64,000 nucleotides of DNA from an uncultured Candidatus Saccharibacteria bacterium. Lineage in GTDB: Bacteria; Patescibacteriota; Saccharimonadia; Saccharimonadales; JACDBH01. The notes below the pieces were generated by a model. That model searched no databases. It was not told where the DNA came from and saw only the letters and a program-made list of their open reading frames with translations. The position numbers were made by a program, and so were the translations under genes. Below are positions 37,158 to 44,729 of the stretch, in pieces. Numbering within the stretch: the stretch's first letter is position 1; the number at the start of each line of letters is the position of its first letter. The stretch covers positions 2,659 to 66,658 of the forward strand of contig CAZXJN010000004.1 in NCBI GenBank assembly GCA_964641015.1. Direction: 5' to 3'.

Positions 37158-37430
37158 CTATATTACAGTGACTTCGGTGCGCCAGACGGTGCGGCCGGTA
37201 AAAGTTTTTACCTTGCGCTTGCGGTAGGTGACTACGCCGTCGCGAGCAGCGTGGATAGTGTAGTTGCGGCCAAGGTAAGTGCCTTCACCCGCACGTTTTG
37301 TCAGGCCGACTTGGCGAACAATAACTTCGCCGTTGTTGACCTTTTCTCCGCCAAAGCGCTTTACACCAAGGCGCTGACCAGGGTTATTATGGATGTTTTT
37401 ACTGGTTCCGCCAGCTTTGATCTTTGACAT
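37158..37430 (-). CDS. rpmA: Ribosomal protein L27
   Basis: MSKIKAGGTSKNIHNNPGQRLGVKRFGGE. Confidence 0.95.
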   Translation of the reverse strand: MSKIKAGGTSKNIHNNPGQRLGVKRFGGEKVNNGEVIVRQVGLTKRAGEGTYLGRNYTIHAARDGVVTYRKRKVKTFTGRTVWRTEVTVI

Positions 37431-37452
37431 ATATTTCCTTTATGGGCGCGCT

Positions 37453-37565
37453 TATTTTGAGAGTGGTAATTTACGTTTGACCCAAGGATATTTCTACATC
37501 GTATGTATAATACGCTTCCGAAATAGTGCCTCGTCTCAATCGTAAATTACCCTTGGCTCAAAATA
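37453..37565 (-). promoter_or_regulatory. Long interrupted inverted repeat in the rpmA 5' region
   Basis: tattttgagagtggtaatttacg (37453-37475) versus cgtaaattacccttggctcaaaata (37541-37565). That gives 9+9 bp of perfect pairing around an internal bubble. Confidence 0.45.
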
Positions 37566-37571
37566 ACCGCT

Positions 37572-38744
37572 TTACTGTGGTTGTTTATTGCTACTTTTTT
37601 CTAAAACTACAAGTTCACGGGCGACGGTTTGGTCGGGCCGATGATAAATCAGATCCTCATCCCGCACGTGAACAAACTTCTTACGAGTATAGCCTAATTG
37701 TTCTGTTTTTGCAAGCGTTTTAAGGTGTAAAAAGCCGTTTTTTGCCCGCCAGGCCGGCACGGCCAGGCAGAGTTTGGTGCCAGGGGTGATCTGCGAGCCG
37801 ATATTAACAAGGAATTTTTCATGGATTTCGTCGCACTCGGCCATGATTTTATCAAGTACGTCGCGCGGCGGCAGGGAGGTTAAGGGTTTGCCAAGGTAGG
37901 TCTCGCCGGCTATAGCATCGAGCGGCTGGGACCAGGAGTGCGAGGTGGCATCACCGACCTCGAGGCGCTGCTTGGCGGGGCCGATAAGCCACTTTAGATT
38001 TCTTTGGGTGTACTCGATCATCCGAGGTTCTATATCGGTGCCGTAGGCATAGTAGCCCATAAGCAGCGCCTCCTGCAGGAGTACGCCGGTGCCGCAGAAC
38101 GGATCCAGGATTGTTTCGCCGGGGCCGGGATCCACCAGATTGATGATGATTTGCGCCAGTTTGGGCGGAAGCATGCCGACTTTGGCGTCCCGTGCTGGCC
38201 GGTTTTGATCACGGCGGGCATAGGCTTCGATATCTTGCTCGGCACGGGTGCGGGCGATGACTGTCCTTTGGTCGTGGCGGGCCATGACTAATTCTATGCC
38301 GGTTTCGCCTGTGAGCTGGTTGTGCAGCACCTGGGCGCTGTTGAGGGCGGCTGATTTGTTGGGTATGACGCGGACGCTTCGGCCTGCTGATTTAATCTGT
38401 TTTTTTAGCGATAGTCCGGCTGCGCTGAGTTCGCGGGGCGAGACTTTGATACCAAATGTACTCAGACCGAGCTTGACTTTGCCGCCCAGCAAGCTGCTGA
38501 GTATATTGTTTAGCAGTTCTTCAAGTTTTGGTTCGATATCGCGCCATTGGCTCGAGGGCAGGGTGGTAATAACTTCAGCGAGCTTGATGCTGCCGCCGAG
38601 GCGTTCAAAAGGCACTTCGGCAGGATTTTTGTCGAGCAGCACGCCGCCGCGGCCGATAATAGTAATAGCATCGCTGCCAAACAGGCTTTCTAGCTCGGCG
38701 ATACCGATTTCCGGCTGCCTGCCCAGGATGAGGAGTGATTTCAT
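37572..38744 (-). CDS. Class I SAM-dependent methyltransferase, UPF0020/Trm11-RlmL-like with divergent motif IV
   Basis: Motif I DPFCGTGVLLQEALLMG. The position of (D/N)PPY reads GETYLG. The N-terminal ~170 aa are THUMP-like in position only. Confidence 0.65.
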   Translation of the reverse strand: MKSLLILGRQPEIGIAELESLFGSDAITIIGRGGVLLDKNPAEVPFERLGGSIKLAEVITTLPSSQWRDIEPKLEELLNNILSSLLGGKVKLGLSTFGIKVSPRELSAAGLSLKKQIKSAGRSVRVIPNKSAALNSAQVLHNQLTGETGIELVMARHDQRTVIARTRAEQDIEAYARRDQNRPARDAKVGMLPPKLAQIIINLVDPGPGETILDPFCGTGVLLQEALLMGYYAYGTDIEPRMIEYTQRNLKWLIGPAKQRLEVGDATSHSWSQPLDAIAGETYLGKPLTSLPPRDVLDKIMAECDEIHEKFLVNIGSQITPGTKLCLAVPAWRAKNGFLHLKTLAKTEQLGYTRKKFVHVRDEDLIYHRPDQTVARELVVLEKSSNKQPQ

Positions 38745-38782
38745 ACTGCTACACAGTATACGCTATACTGATGTAAGTATTT

Positions 38783-39868
38783 ATGAAGAAGCACCTGAGA
38801 AGAGACTTTAAATTTTGGCTGAACGTTATTACGTTGGCCGCGCTGGGGTTCTTGATTGCGATTTCGTGGGAGCAGATTCATGAGGCGTTTTCTGATCTGT
38901 CACGACTAAATTTGTGGGCGCTGGTATTTATTATTCCGGCCAAGCTGGTGAGTTATTTTGCGATTGCTAGGCTGTACAAAGATTTTTTTGATGCTAACGG
39001 CAGTAGAATCCCGATGAGAGAGATGTACAAAGTGGCGCTGGAGTTAAACTTTGTAAATCATGTGTTTCCCAGCGGCGGGGTGAGCGGGTTCAGCTATTTG
39101 AGCCTTAGGCTCAAGGCCCTGGGGGTGAGTACGAGCAAGAGCACGCTCGCGCAGATATTGCGGTTTGCGTTGACGTTTATATCATTCATTTTGCTGCTTT
39201 TGGTAGCACTGGTTATTTTGGCATTTGGCGAACATACTAGTCCGTTTATTGTACTGGTGTGCTCGACAATTATTGGCTCGACAATTTTTGGTGCAGCGGT
39301 AGGGATTTTTATTATTAGCAAGGCACAGCGAATCAAGGCGTTTGTTGGCTGGCTGCCGAAAGCTCTAAACTATATTTTCAAATATTTCAAAAAGGGCAAA
39401 AGCCTGATAAGTATGACCAAGGTTGAGTCTACGCTTGAGGATTTGCATGGTGATTACAAGGTGCTAAGCAAAAATATGCAGCTCGTAAAATGGCTGATGG
39501 TATGGGCCCTACTTCTCAATGTGGTGGAGGTCCTGACAATCTATATTGTGTACATTGCATTTGGATCGCCAATTAATGTGGGGGCGTTAATCATTGCATA
39601 TGCAGTTGCAAACTTTGCGGGACTGGTGGCGATTTTGCCTGGTGGGGTAGGTATCTACGAAGGGCTCATGACTGCGGTGCTGGCTAGTGCAGGTATTCCA
39701 AAGGCTTTGGCGCTGTCGGCTACCGTTGTGTACCGCATACTCACCATGGCACTGTTCCTGCCGGTGGGATATATATTCTATAACCGTGCGCTCCGCCGTG
39801 TCGCAGAGCTCAGAAACGCCAGAAAGCAAGAGGCAAGGCTGCATGCTTCCATTACTGACGCCGACTGA
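38783..39868 (+). CDS. UPF0104 / lysyl-phosphatidylglycerol-synthase-TM-like flippase-type membrane protein
   Basis: About 8 TM helices with a LPGGVGIYEGLMTAVL signature. Confidence 0.7.
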   Translation: MKKHLRRDFKFWLNVITLAALGFLIAISWEQIHEAFSDLSRLNLWALVFIIPAKLVSYFAIARLYKDFFDANGSRIPMREMYKVALELNFVNHVFPSGGVSGFSYLSLRLKALGVSTSKSTLAQILRFALTFISFILLLLVALVILAFGEHTSPFIVLVCSTIIGSTIFGAAVGIFIISKAQRIKAFVGWLPKALNYIFKYFKKGKSLISMTKVESTLEDLHGDYKVLSKNMQLVKWLMVWALLLNVVEVLTIYIVYIAFGSPINVGALIIAYAVANFAGLVAILPGGVGIYEGLMTAVLASAGIPKALALSATVVYRILTMALFLPVGYIFYNRALRRVAELRNARKQEARLHASITDAD

Positions 39869-40943
39869 TTTTGTCGCGCTGGCTAATCAGACGCTTGAGT
39901 TTGCCTACCCGAGCGTAGAAATAGAAGGTGAAGTAAAAAATTTTAAGGTAAGCCGGGGGCGCTGGGTATACTTTGATATTGCTGATGAGGCCGCTAGGAT
40001 ACGTTGTTTTGGCACGGTCTATATGCTGCCGGCACCAGTAGAAGACGGCATGAAGGTCCGGATTATGGCGGCACCGCGGCTGCATCCGCAGTTTGGATTC
40101 AGCCTTAATCTTTTGTCGTTGCAGTTCAGCGGTGAAGGCACCATAAAGAAGGCGGCTAATCTTCTGAGGGCTAACTTGGAAAAAGAAGGGCTGTTTGCTC
40201 CCGAGCGCAAGCGGGCCCTGCCGTATCCGCCGGAGCGGATTGGCTTGATAACATCCGATGAGTCAGCTGCCTACAAGGATTTTATAAAGGTTCTCTCAGC
40301 CCGGTTCGGCGGCATAGACATTGAACTGGGTAGTGTCCAGGTGCAAGGCGACGCAGCCGTCGGTCAGATTGCCAGGGCTATAGAATGGTTCAACCGCCAG
40401 GCCGAGACTCCGGATGTACTGGTGATAATCCGTGGGGGCGGTAGTGCCGACGATTTGCAGGCGTTTAGTTCAGAGCAGGTAACGAGAGCCGTAGCTGCCA
40501 GCCGGATTCCTACACTGGTGGCGATTGGTCATGAGACAGATGTCTCGCTGGCGGAGCTCGCGGCCGATATGCGGGCCAGCACACCAAGCAATGCGGCGGA
40601 GTTGCTGGTGCCTGATCGCAAGGATATTCTAAAGTCGCTTGATCAGAGTGTTAACTCTCTGCATCAGCAGGCAGAGGCAGTTTTTTCCAGCGGTTTAGGC
40701 AGGTTGTCGGATGCGCTGGGCGAGTTATCCGAATCAGCCAGCAAGCTGATAGCTGAAAGCCAGCTGCTGCTTACTCACCAGGAAAGAACCTTGGAGGCGC
40801 TCAGCCCCCGATCAGTACTAAAGCGCGGCTATGCGGTTGTCAGGCATGAAGGCAGGGCGGTACGTACTGCAGGAAAATTAAAATCTGGTGACATCTTAGA
40901 TATACAGTTTGCTGATGATAATACAAAAGTAGAGGTACAATGA
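39843..40943 (+). CDS. xseA: Exodeoxyribonuclease VII large subunit
   Basis: N-terminal OB-fold (EIEGEVKNFKVSRGRWVYFDIADE), RGGGSADDLQAF and HETDVSLAE. Start moved to Met-53 of the track ORF. Confidence 0.85.
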   Translation: MLPLLTPTDFVALANQTLEFAYPSVEIEGEVKNFKVSRGRWVYFDIADEAARIRCFGTVYMLPAPVEDGMKVRIMAAPRLHPQFGFSLNLLSLQFSGEGTIKKAANLLRANLEKEGLFAPERKRALPYPPERIGLITSDESAAYKDFIKVLSARFGGIDIELGSVQVQGDAAVGQIARAIEWFNRQAETPDVLVIIRGGGSADDLQAFSSEQVTRAVAASRIPTLVAIGHETDVSLAELAADMRASTPSNAAELLVPDRKDILKSLDQSVNSLHQQAEAVFSSGLGRLSDALGELSESASKLIAESQLLLTHQERTLEALSPRSVLKRGYAVVRHEGRAVRTAGKLKSGDILDIQFADDNTKVEVQ

Positions 40944-40947
40944 GTTT

Positions 40948-41148
40948 ATGAAAAAATCCACAAACGAACTACAGGCGGAGCTTGATGCAGTTATAACCTG
41001 GCTTGCCTCAGATGAGGCGGATATTGATCAGGCAGAAGCAAAATACAAGCAGGGTCTGGAGATTGCTCGTGAGCTAAAAAAACGCCTGGAACAAACCGAG
41101 AACTCCATAAAGAAGTTAAAAGTTAGCTTTGACGAAAACAGTTCATGA
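40948..41148 (+). CDS. xseB: Exodeoxyribonuclease VII small subunit
   Basis: 66-aa helical protein directly after xseA. ELDAVITWL...IDQAEAKYKQGLEIARELKKRLE. Confidence 0.8.
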   Translation: MKKSTNELQAELDAVITWLASDEADIDQAEAKYKQGLEIARELKKRLEQTENSIKKLKVSFDENSS

Positions 41149-41639
41149 TCTGGGTGCTGGCCGTATGTGCTTTGGTGGTCCTGCTGTTTGGGTTTGTACT
41201 GCTATTCGGTGCTCCGTATCTGCCAACCTTATCCAAGCAGCAAGAGACGGCTCTGGAGCTGCTTGATCTAAAGCCCGGGCAAACACTGCTAGAGCTAGGC
41301 AGCGGCGACGGGCGGATGCTGGCAGCTGCTGCCAGGAAAGGTGTCAAATCAATCGGCTATGAGCTCAATCCGCTGCTAGCAGGTTACAGCTGGCTGATTA
41401 CTCGCAGGTACAAGGGGCTTGTTACGGTACGGTTTGGTAATTTTTGGACAAAGTCCTTGCCGCCATGCGATGGAATCTACGTCTTTTTACTGGATAGGTA
41501 TATGAAAAAATTGCACAAAAAAATTACTCAAGAAATTAGCAGTCCAGTCAATGTTGTTAGTTTTGCATTTAGAATACCAGATCTTAACCATACAACAGAG
41601 AAGAGCGGTTTGTATCTTTACAAATTTAACAACAAATAG
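41145..41639 (+). CDS. Small membrane-anchored class I SAM methyltransferase
   Basis: N-terminal TM segment (IWVLAVCALVVLLFGFVLLFG) and motif I LLELGSGDGRMLAAAARKG. ATGA overlap with xseB. Confidence 0.65.
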   Translation: MIWVLAVCALVVLLFGFVLLFGAPYLPTLSKQQETALELLDLKPGQTLLELGSGDGRMLAAAARKGVKSIGYELNPLLAGYSWLITRRYKGLVTVRFGNFWTKSLPPCDGIYVFLLDRYMKKLHKKITQEISSPVNVVSFAFRIPDLNHTTEKSGLYLYKFNNK

Positions 41640-41741
41640 GCTCTAAAATTCTATGAAATACTGCACGCTGGACTTTGGATTCCTCACTCTGTACTATGTA
41701 ATCAGTTGAAACATAAGCAGTTCTACGGACAGATATAAACT

Positions 41742-42437
41742 ATGGACCCATCAATGCAGCCCACGGCGCAGCCGACATATCCGGTGTCTTCCGCCAGTCT
41801 TAAAGGCGGCAGAAGCCCGCTTTTGATACCGCTTATTATAGTTGTTGTGCTGCTGCTTGTAAGCTTTGGCTTCGGGGTTTGGGCTTTCATGGGCCGCCAG
41901 GATTATAAAAACAACGTGGATGAGAAAATCAGCCAGGCGGTGGCAGTAGCCGAAGAAAATCTCACCATCAAAAAAGACGCTGAATTTGCCGAAAGCTACA
42001 AACTGCCGTACACGACTTTCCGCGGGCCGGCTGCGTTCGGTACGCTTACTATTCAGTATCCAAAAACCTGGAGCAACTACGTGGATGGCAGGGGAAACAC
42101 TCCTGTCGATGGCTATATGCAGCCAAACTACGTATCTTCAAACAACAACGAAACCAATTATGCGCTACGCTACCAAGTAGTTGAGCGGCACTATGATGAA
42201 GAGATCAAGCAGTTCGATTCCAGGGTAAAGAACGGCAGAGTTACAGCGGCTGCATATCGGCTGCCCACCCAAGATTCAATACTAGGGCTGCGAGTCGAGG
42301 GTGAGCTTGATAGTCGCAAATCGGGAGTTATGGTAGTTCTACCACTCCGTGACAAGACAGTAAAGGTTTGGACAGAGGGTGCAGAATTTCGCTCTGATTT
42401 TGAGAAAATACTCCAAGAGCTTACTTTCGTGCCATAA
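41742..42437 (+). CDS. Single-pass membrane-anchored hypothetical protein
   Basis: TM segment LLIPLIIVVVLLLVSFGFGVWAF followed by a ~170-aa extracytoplasmic region with no recognised motif. Confidence 0.5.
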   Translation: MDPSMQPTAQPTYPVSSASLKGGRSPLLIPLIIVVVLLLVSFGFGVWAFMGRQDYKNNVDEKISQAVAVAEENLTIKKDAEFAESYKLPYTTFRGPAAFGTLTIQYPKTWSNYVDGRGNTPVDGYMQPNYVSSNNNETNYALRYQVVERHYDEEIKQFDSRVKNGRVTAAAYRLPTQDSILGLRVEGELDSRKSGVMVVLPLRDKTVKVWTEGAEFRSDFEKILQELTFVP

Positions 42438-42513
42438 TATTTTGACTCGCTGGAAGGTGCTGTATTTGTGCTATACTTCTAGCAAACAACGTGAGGGGTT
42501 ACGTCTTTAGGAT

Positions 42514-43227
42514 ATGGCAGAGGTTTCAGGCCATCAACCGCATAGCGAGCAGCTGTTTGCCTGTCTGGCAGAGCAGGTAAAAATTCCATTTGTGCAGGTG
42601 CTAAGGGCTGCAGAGCTGCTTTCGCTGCAGGATGAAAATGCTGCCAAAGAGGCTCAGCAGACTATACAAGAAGTAAGCCAGGCGACAATCCAGCTAATCG
42701 ATGGGTTTTTGCTGCAGACGCGTTTGCAGCAGGAGGCGCAGCTGCAGCTCGAACCTGTTTCGCTTGGTTCGGCCGCGTATGACGTGGTAGAAATGCTGCG
42801 GCCATTTGCTCGGCTTCACAACTGTGAGCTTCGCATCGATATACAGGGAAAGTACGGACCGGTGATGGCGCATAGGCCAGGGCTTACCGCGGCACTGGTG
42901 AACATCGGATACGGTTTAATAGAAGCAGGCAACTCCACGAAGCCTCGCCTGATAACTTTAGGGGTGCGGCGCGATAAGAAGGGTATATCTGCAGGGCTCT
43001 ATACTGAGGGTGGAGAGCTGACATCTGACATGCTCAAGCAGGCGCGCAGTATGCGCAGTGATGCGCATCAGCCTTTTGCTGGTTTTTCCAGTACCAATGC
43101 AGCAGGGATATTTATAGCTGACGGGCTGCTTGCGCATATCGGCGCACCGCTTCGGGTGTCGCGATTTCGCAAGACCTCCGGACTGGCTGCTACATTTTTA
43201 CCGAGCCGCCAGCTCAGCCTGGTGTAA
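42514..43227 (+). CDS. Histidine-kinase-like protein with degenerate H-box and ATP-lid (pseudo-kinase)
   Basis: The DHp-like segment LFACLAEQVKIPFVQVLRAAELL aligns by eye to fla.vSHELRTPLt.i, placing E at the His position. N-box LVNIGYGLIEAG is retained; the G1/G2 boxes are degenerate. Confidence 0.6.
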   Translation: MAEVSGHQPHSEQLFACLAEQVKIPFVQVLRAAELLSLQDENAAKEAQQTIQEVSQATIQLIDGFLLQTRLQQEAQLQLEPVSLGSAAYDVVEMLRPFARLHNCELRIDIQGKYGPVMAHRPGLTAALVNIGYGLIEAGNSTKPRLITLGVRRDKKGISAGLYTEGGELTSDMLKQARSMRSDAHQPFAGFSSTNAAGIFIADGLLAHIGAPLRVSRFRKTSGLAATFLPSRQLSLV

Positions 43228-43236
43228 GATACCACT

Positions 43237-43626
43237 ATGCAATCTCCACGCGTACTGCTGATAGAGCCAGACAAAATTTTAGCTGCGCAGACCAGCGCGT
43301 ATTTATCATCGCATGGGTTTAGCGTGCAAGTGGTTCATGACGCACAGCAGGCGATTATAGCTGTCGACAAGTCGCCAGTAGACATCGTAGTACTGGAGGT
43401 GGTACTGGCGCAGCACAGCGGCATAGAGTTTTTATACGAGTTTAGAAGTTATGGCGAGTGGCGAAGCGTGCCGGCTATTGTGCTGAGCCGCGTGAGGGGG
43501 CAGGAGTTGGGCCTTACACCAAAAATCAGACAGCAACTGGGCGTGGGCGCAGTACTCTACAAGCCTGAGGCAAGCCTCGCGGCCCTTACGAAAACTATCG
43601 AAAAGTTGCTTGGAAACAGCCGATGA
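43237..43626 (+). CDS. Receiver-like protein with Glu at the phospho-acceptor position (pseudo-receiver)
   Basis: VLLIEPD replaces the DD pair and DIVVLEVVL replaces ..D... Ser (VLSR) and Lys (LYKPE) are retained. Confidence 0.65.
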   Translation: MQSPRVLLIEPDKILAAQTSAYLSSHGFSVQVVHDAQQAIIAVDKSPVDIVVLEVVLAQHSGIEFLYEFRSYGEWRSVPAIVLSRVRGQELGLTPKIRQQLGVGAVLYKPEASLAALTKTIEKLLGNSR

Positions 43627-44306
43627 AAGCACAGCGAGATATTGGCATCATCCTGCGTCGGATAGAATACGGCGAGGCGGATCGAATCGTGACGTTTCTT
43701 ATGCGCGAGCATGGCAAGATCCGGGCCATTGCCAAAGGCGTGCGCAAAGCAAAAAGCAAGCTGGCGGGCGGCTTAGAGCTGTTCAGCGTGAGCGAGCTGC
43801 ATTTTATCAAGGGACGCGGTGATATAGATACAATCACCTCTACACGGCTGCAGGTGCACTACGGCGACATTGTCAAAGACTTCGAGCGCACCAACCAAGC
43901 CTACGCACTCTTAAAAATAATCGACAGAACAGTCGAGGATCACACTGGCCAGGAGTATTTTGTGGTGCTGCACGAATCGCTCGCTGCACTCAACGATCCG
44001 CGTATAGACGGGTTAATAACTGAGCTTTCGTTTTCTATGCGAATATTGCAGGGCATGGGCGGAGTACCGGATTTTAGCACTGACGCACAAGGCAATCGGC
44101 TTGATTCGGAATCTACCTATGAATTTGAGTATGAAGCAGCTGTATTTCGTGCCAGTCCCGGCGGATCATTCAACAAAAACCACCTCAAAGTCCTAAAGCT
44201 GCTTGCGCATAATAGCCCGCAGGCCATGGTTGCTGTTCAGGGCGTTCAGGAGTACTGCAGAGACCTCGCGCCTATTGTTCGCTGGCTGCGCGACCAGCAT
44301 CTATAG
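43623..44306 (+). CDS. recO: DNA repair protein RecO
   Basis: N-terminal OB-fold signature DIGIILRRIEYGEADRIVTFLMREHGKI. ATGA overlap with the upstream gene. Confidence 0.8.
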   Translation: MKAQRDIGIILRRIEYGEADRIVTFLMREHGKIRAIAKGVRKAKSKLAGGLELFSVSELHFIKGRGDIDTITSTRLQVHYGDIVKDFERTNQAYALLKIIDRTVEDHTGQEYFVVLHESLAALNDPRIDGLITELSFSMRILQGMGGVPDFSTDAQGNRLDSESTYEFEYEAAVFRASPGGSFNKNHLKVLKLLAHNSPQAMVAVQGVQEYCRDLAPIVRWLRDQHL

Positions 44307-44313
44307 AGCCATA

Positions 44314-44342
44314 TTGACAAATACGCATAAGTTTGCTATAAT
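44314..44342 (+). promoter_or_regulatory. Consensus sigma70-type promoter with extended -10
   Basis: TTGACA (44314-44319), 17-nt spacer, TGcTATAAT (-10 at 44337-44342). Confidence 0.6.
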
Positions 44343-44369
44343 AATAAAGAGTAAATAAGGAACACAAAA

Positions 44370-44576
44370 ATGTCACTACTAGAAAGAGCAAACGGTTCAG
44401 CGGCTGAAGAGCTGGCAGAACTGCGCAGAGAGCGTACTGCAAGAGAGATCGGCCGTCGTGCGGCGGTGATTGCAGGACTCGAGGCGGTATCTGAAAACGG
44501 CGTAGTCGATCCAAATGATTCAATCCGTATTCACACGGGCGAACATCCAGTGGTAAAACTGCCTCAGCAGAGCTAG
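44370..44576 (+). CDS. Small hypothetical protein (68 aa)
   Basis: Consensus promoter and SD TAAGGAA upstream. No motif recognised. Confidence 0.45.
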   Translation: MSLLERANGSAAEELAELRRERTAREIGRRAAVIAGLEAVSENGVVDPNDSIRIHTGEHPVVKLPQQS

Positions 44577-44643
44577 ACAGCCAAGACTCCTTTCGCTACC
44601 CAGGAAATCAGGGTATAATAGCGATTAACTATGAGTGAAGTAA

Positions 44644-44725
44644 ACCCCGTTGGAAATAGGACAGATGAGTCCGCCCGTGACGAAAATTTTGAAAATACTA
44701 AAAAATTTTCTATTTCCAACGGGGT
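44644..44725 (+). promoter_or_regulatory. Perfect 16-bp inverted repeat in the glyQS 5' region
   Basis: ACCCCGTTGGAAATAG (44644-44659) pairs with CTATTTCCAACGGGGT (44710-44725) around a 50-nt A/T-rich loop. The 3' arm ends 4 nt before ATG 44730. Confidence 0.7.
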
Positions 44726-44729
44726 AAAA

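Noticed and set aside
38248-38811. 187-aa plus-strand ORF
   Set aside because: It is antisense to the methyltransferase gene (motif I is in the minus frame). The product is Ser/Leu/Pro-rich low complexity.
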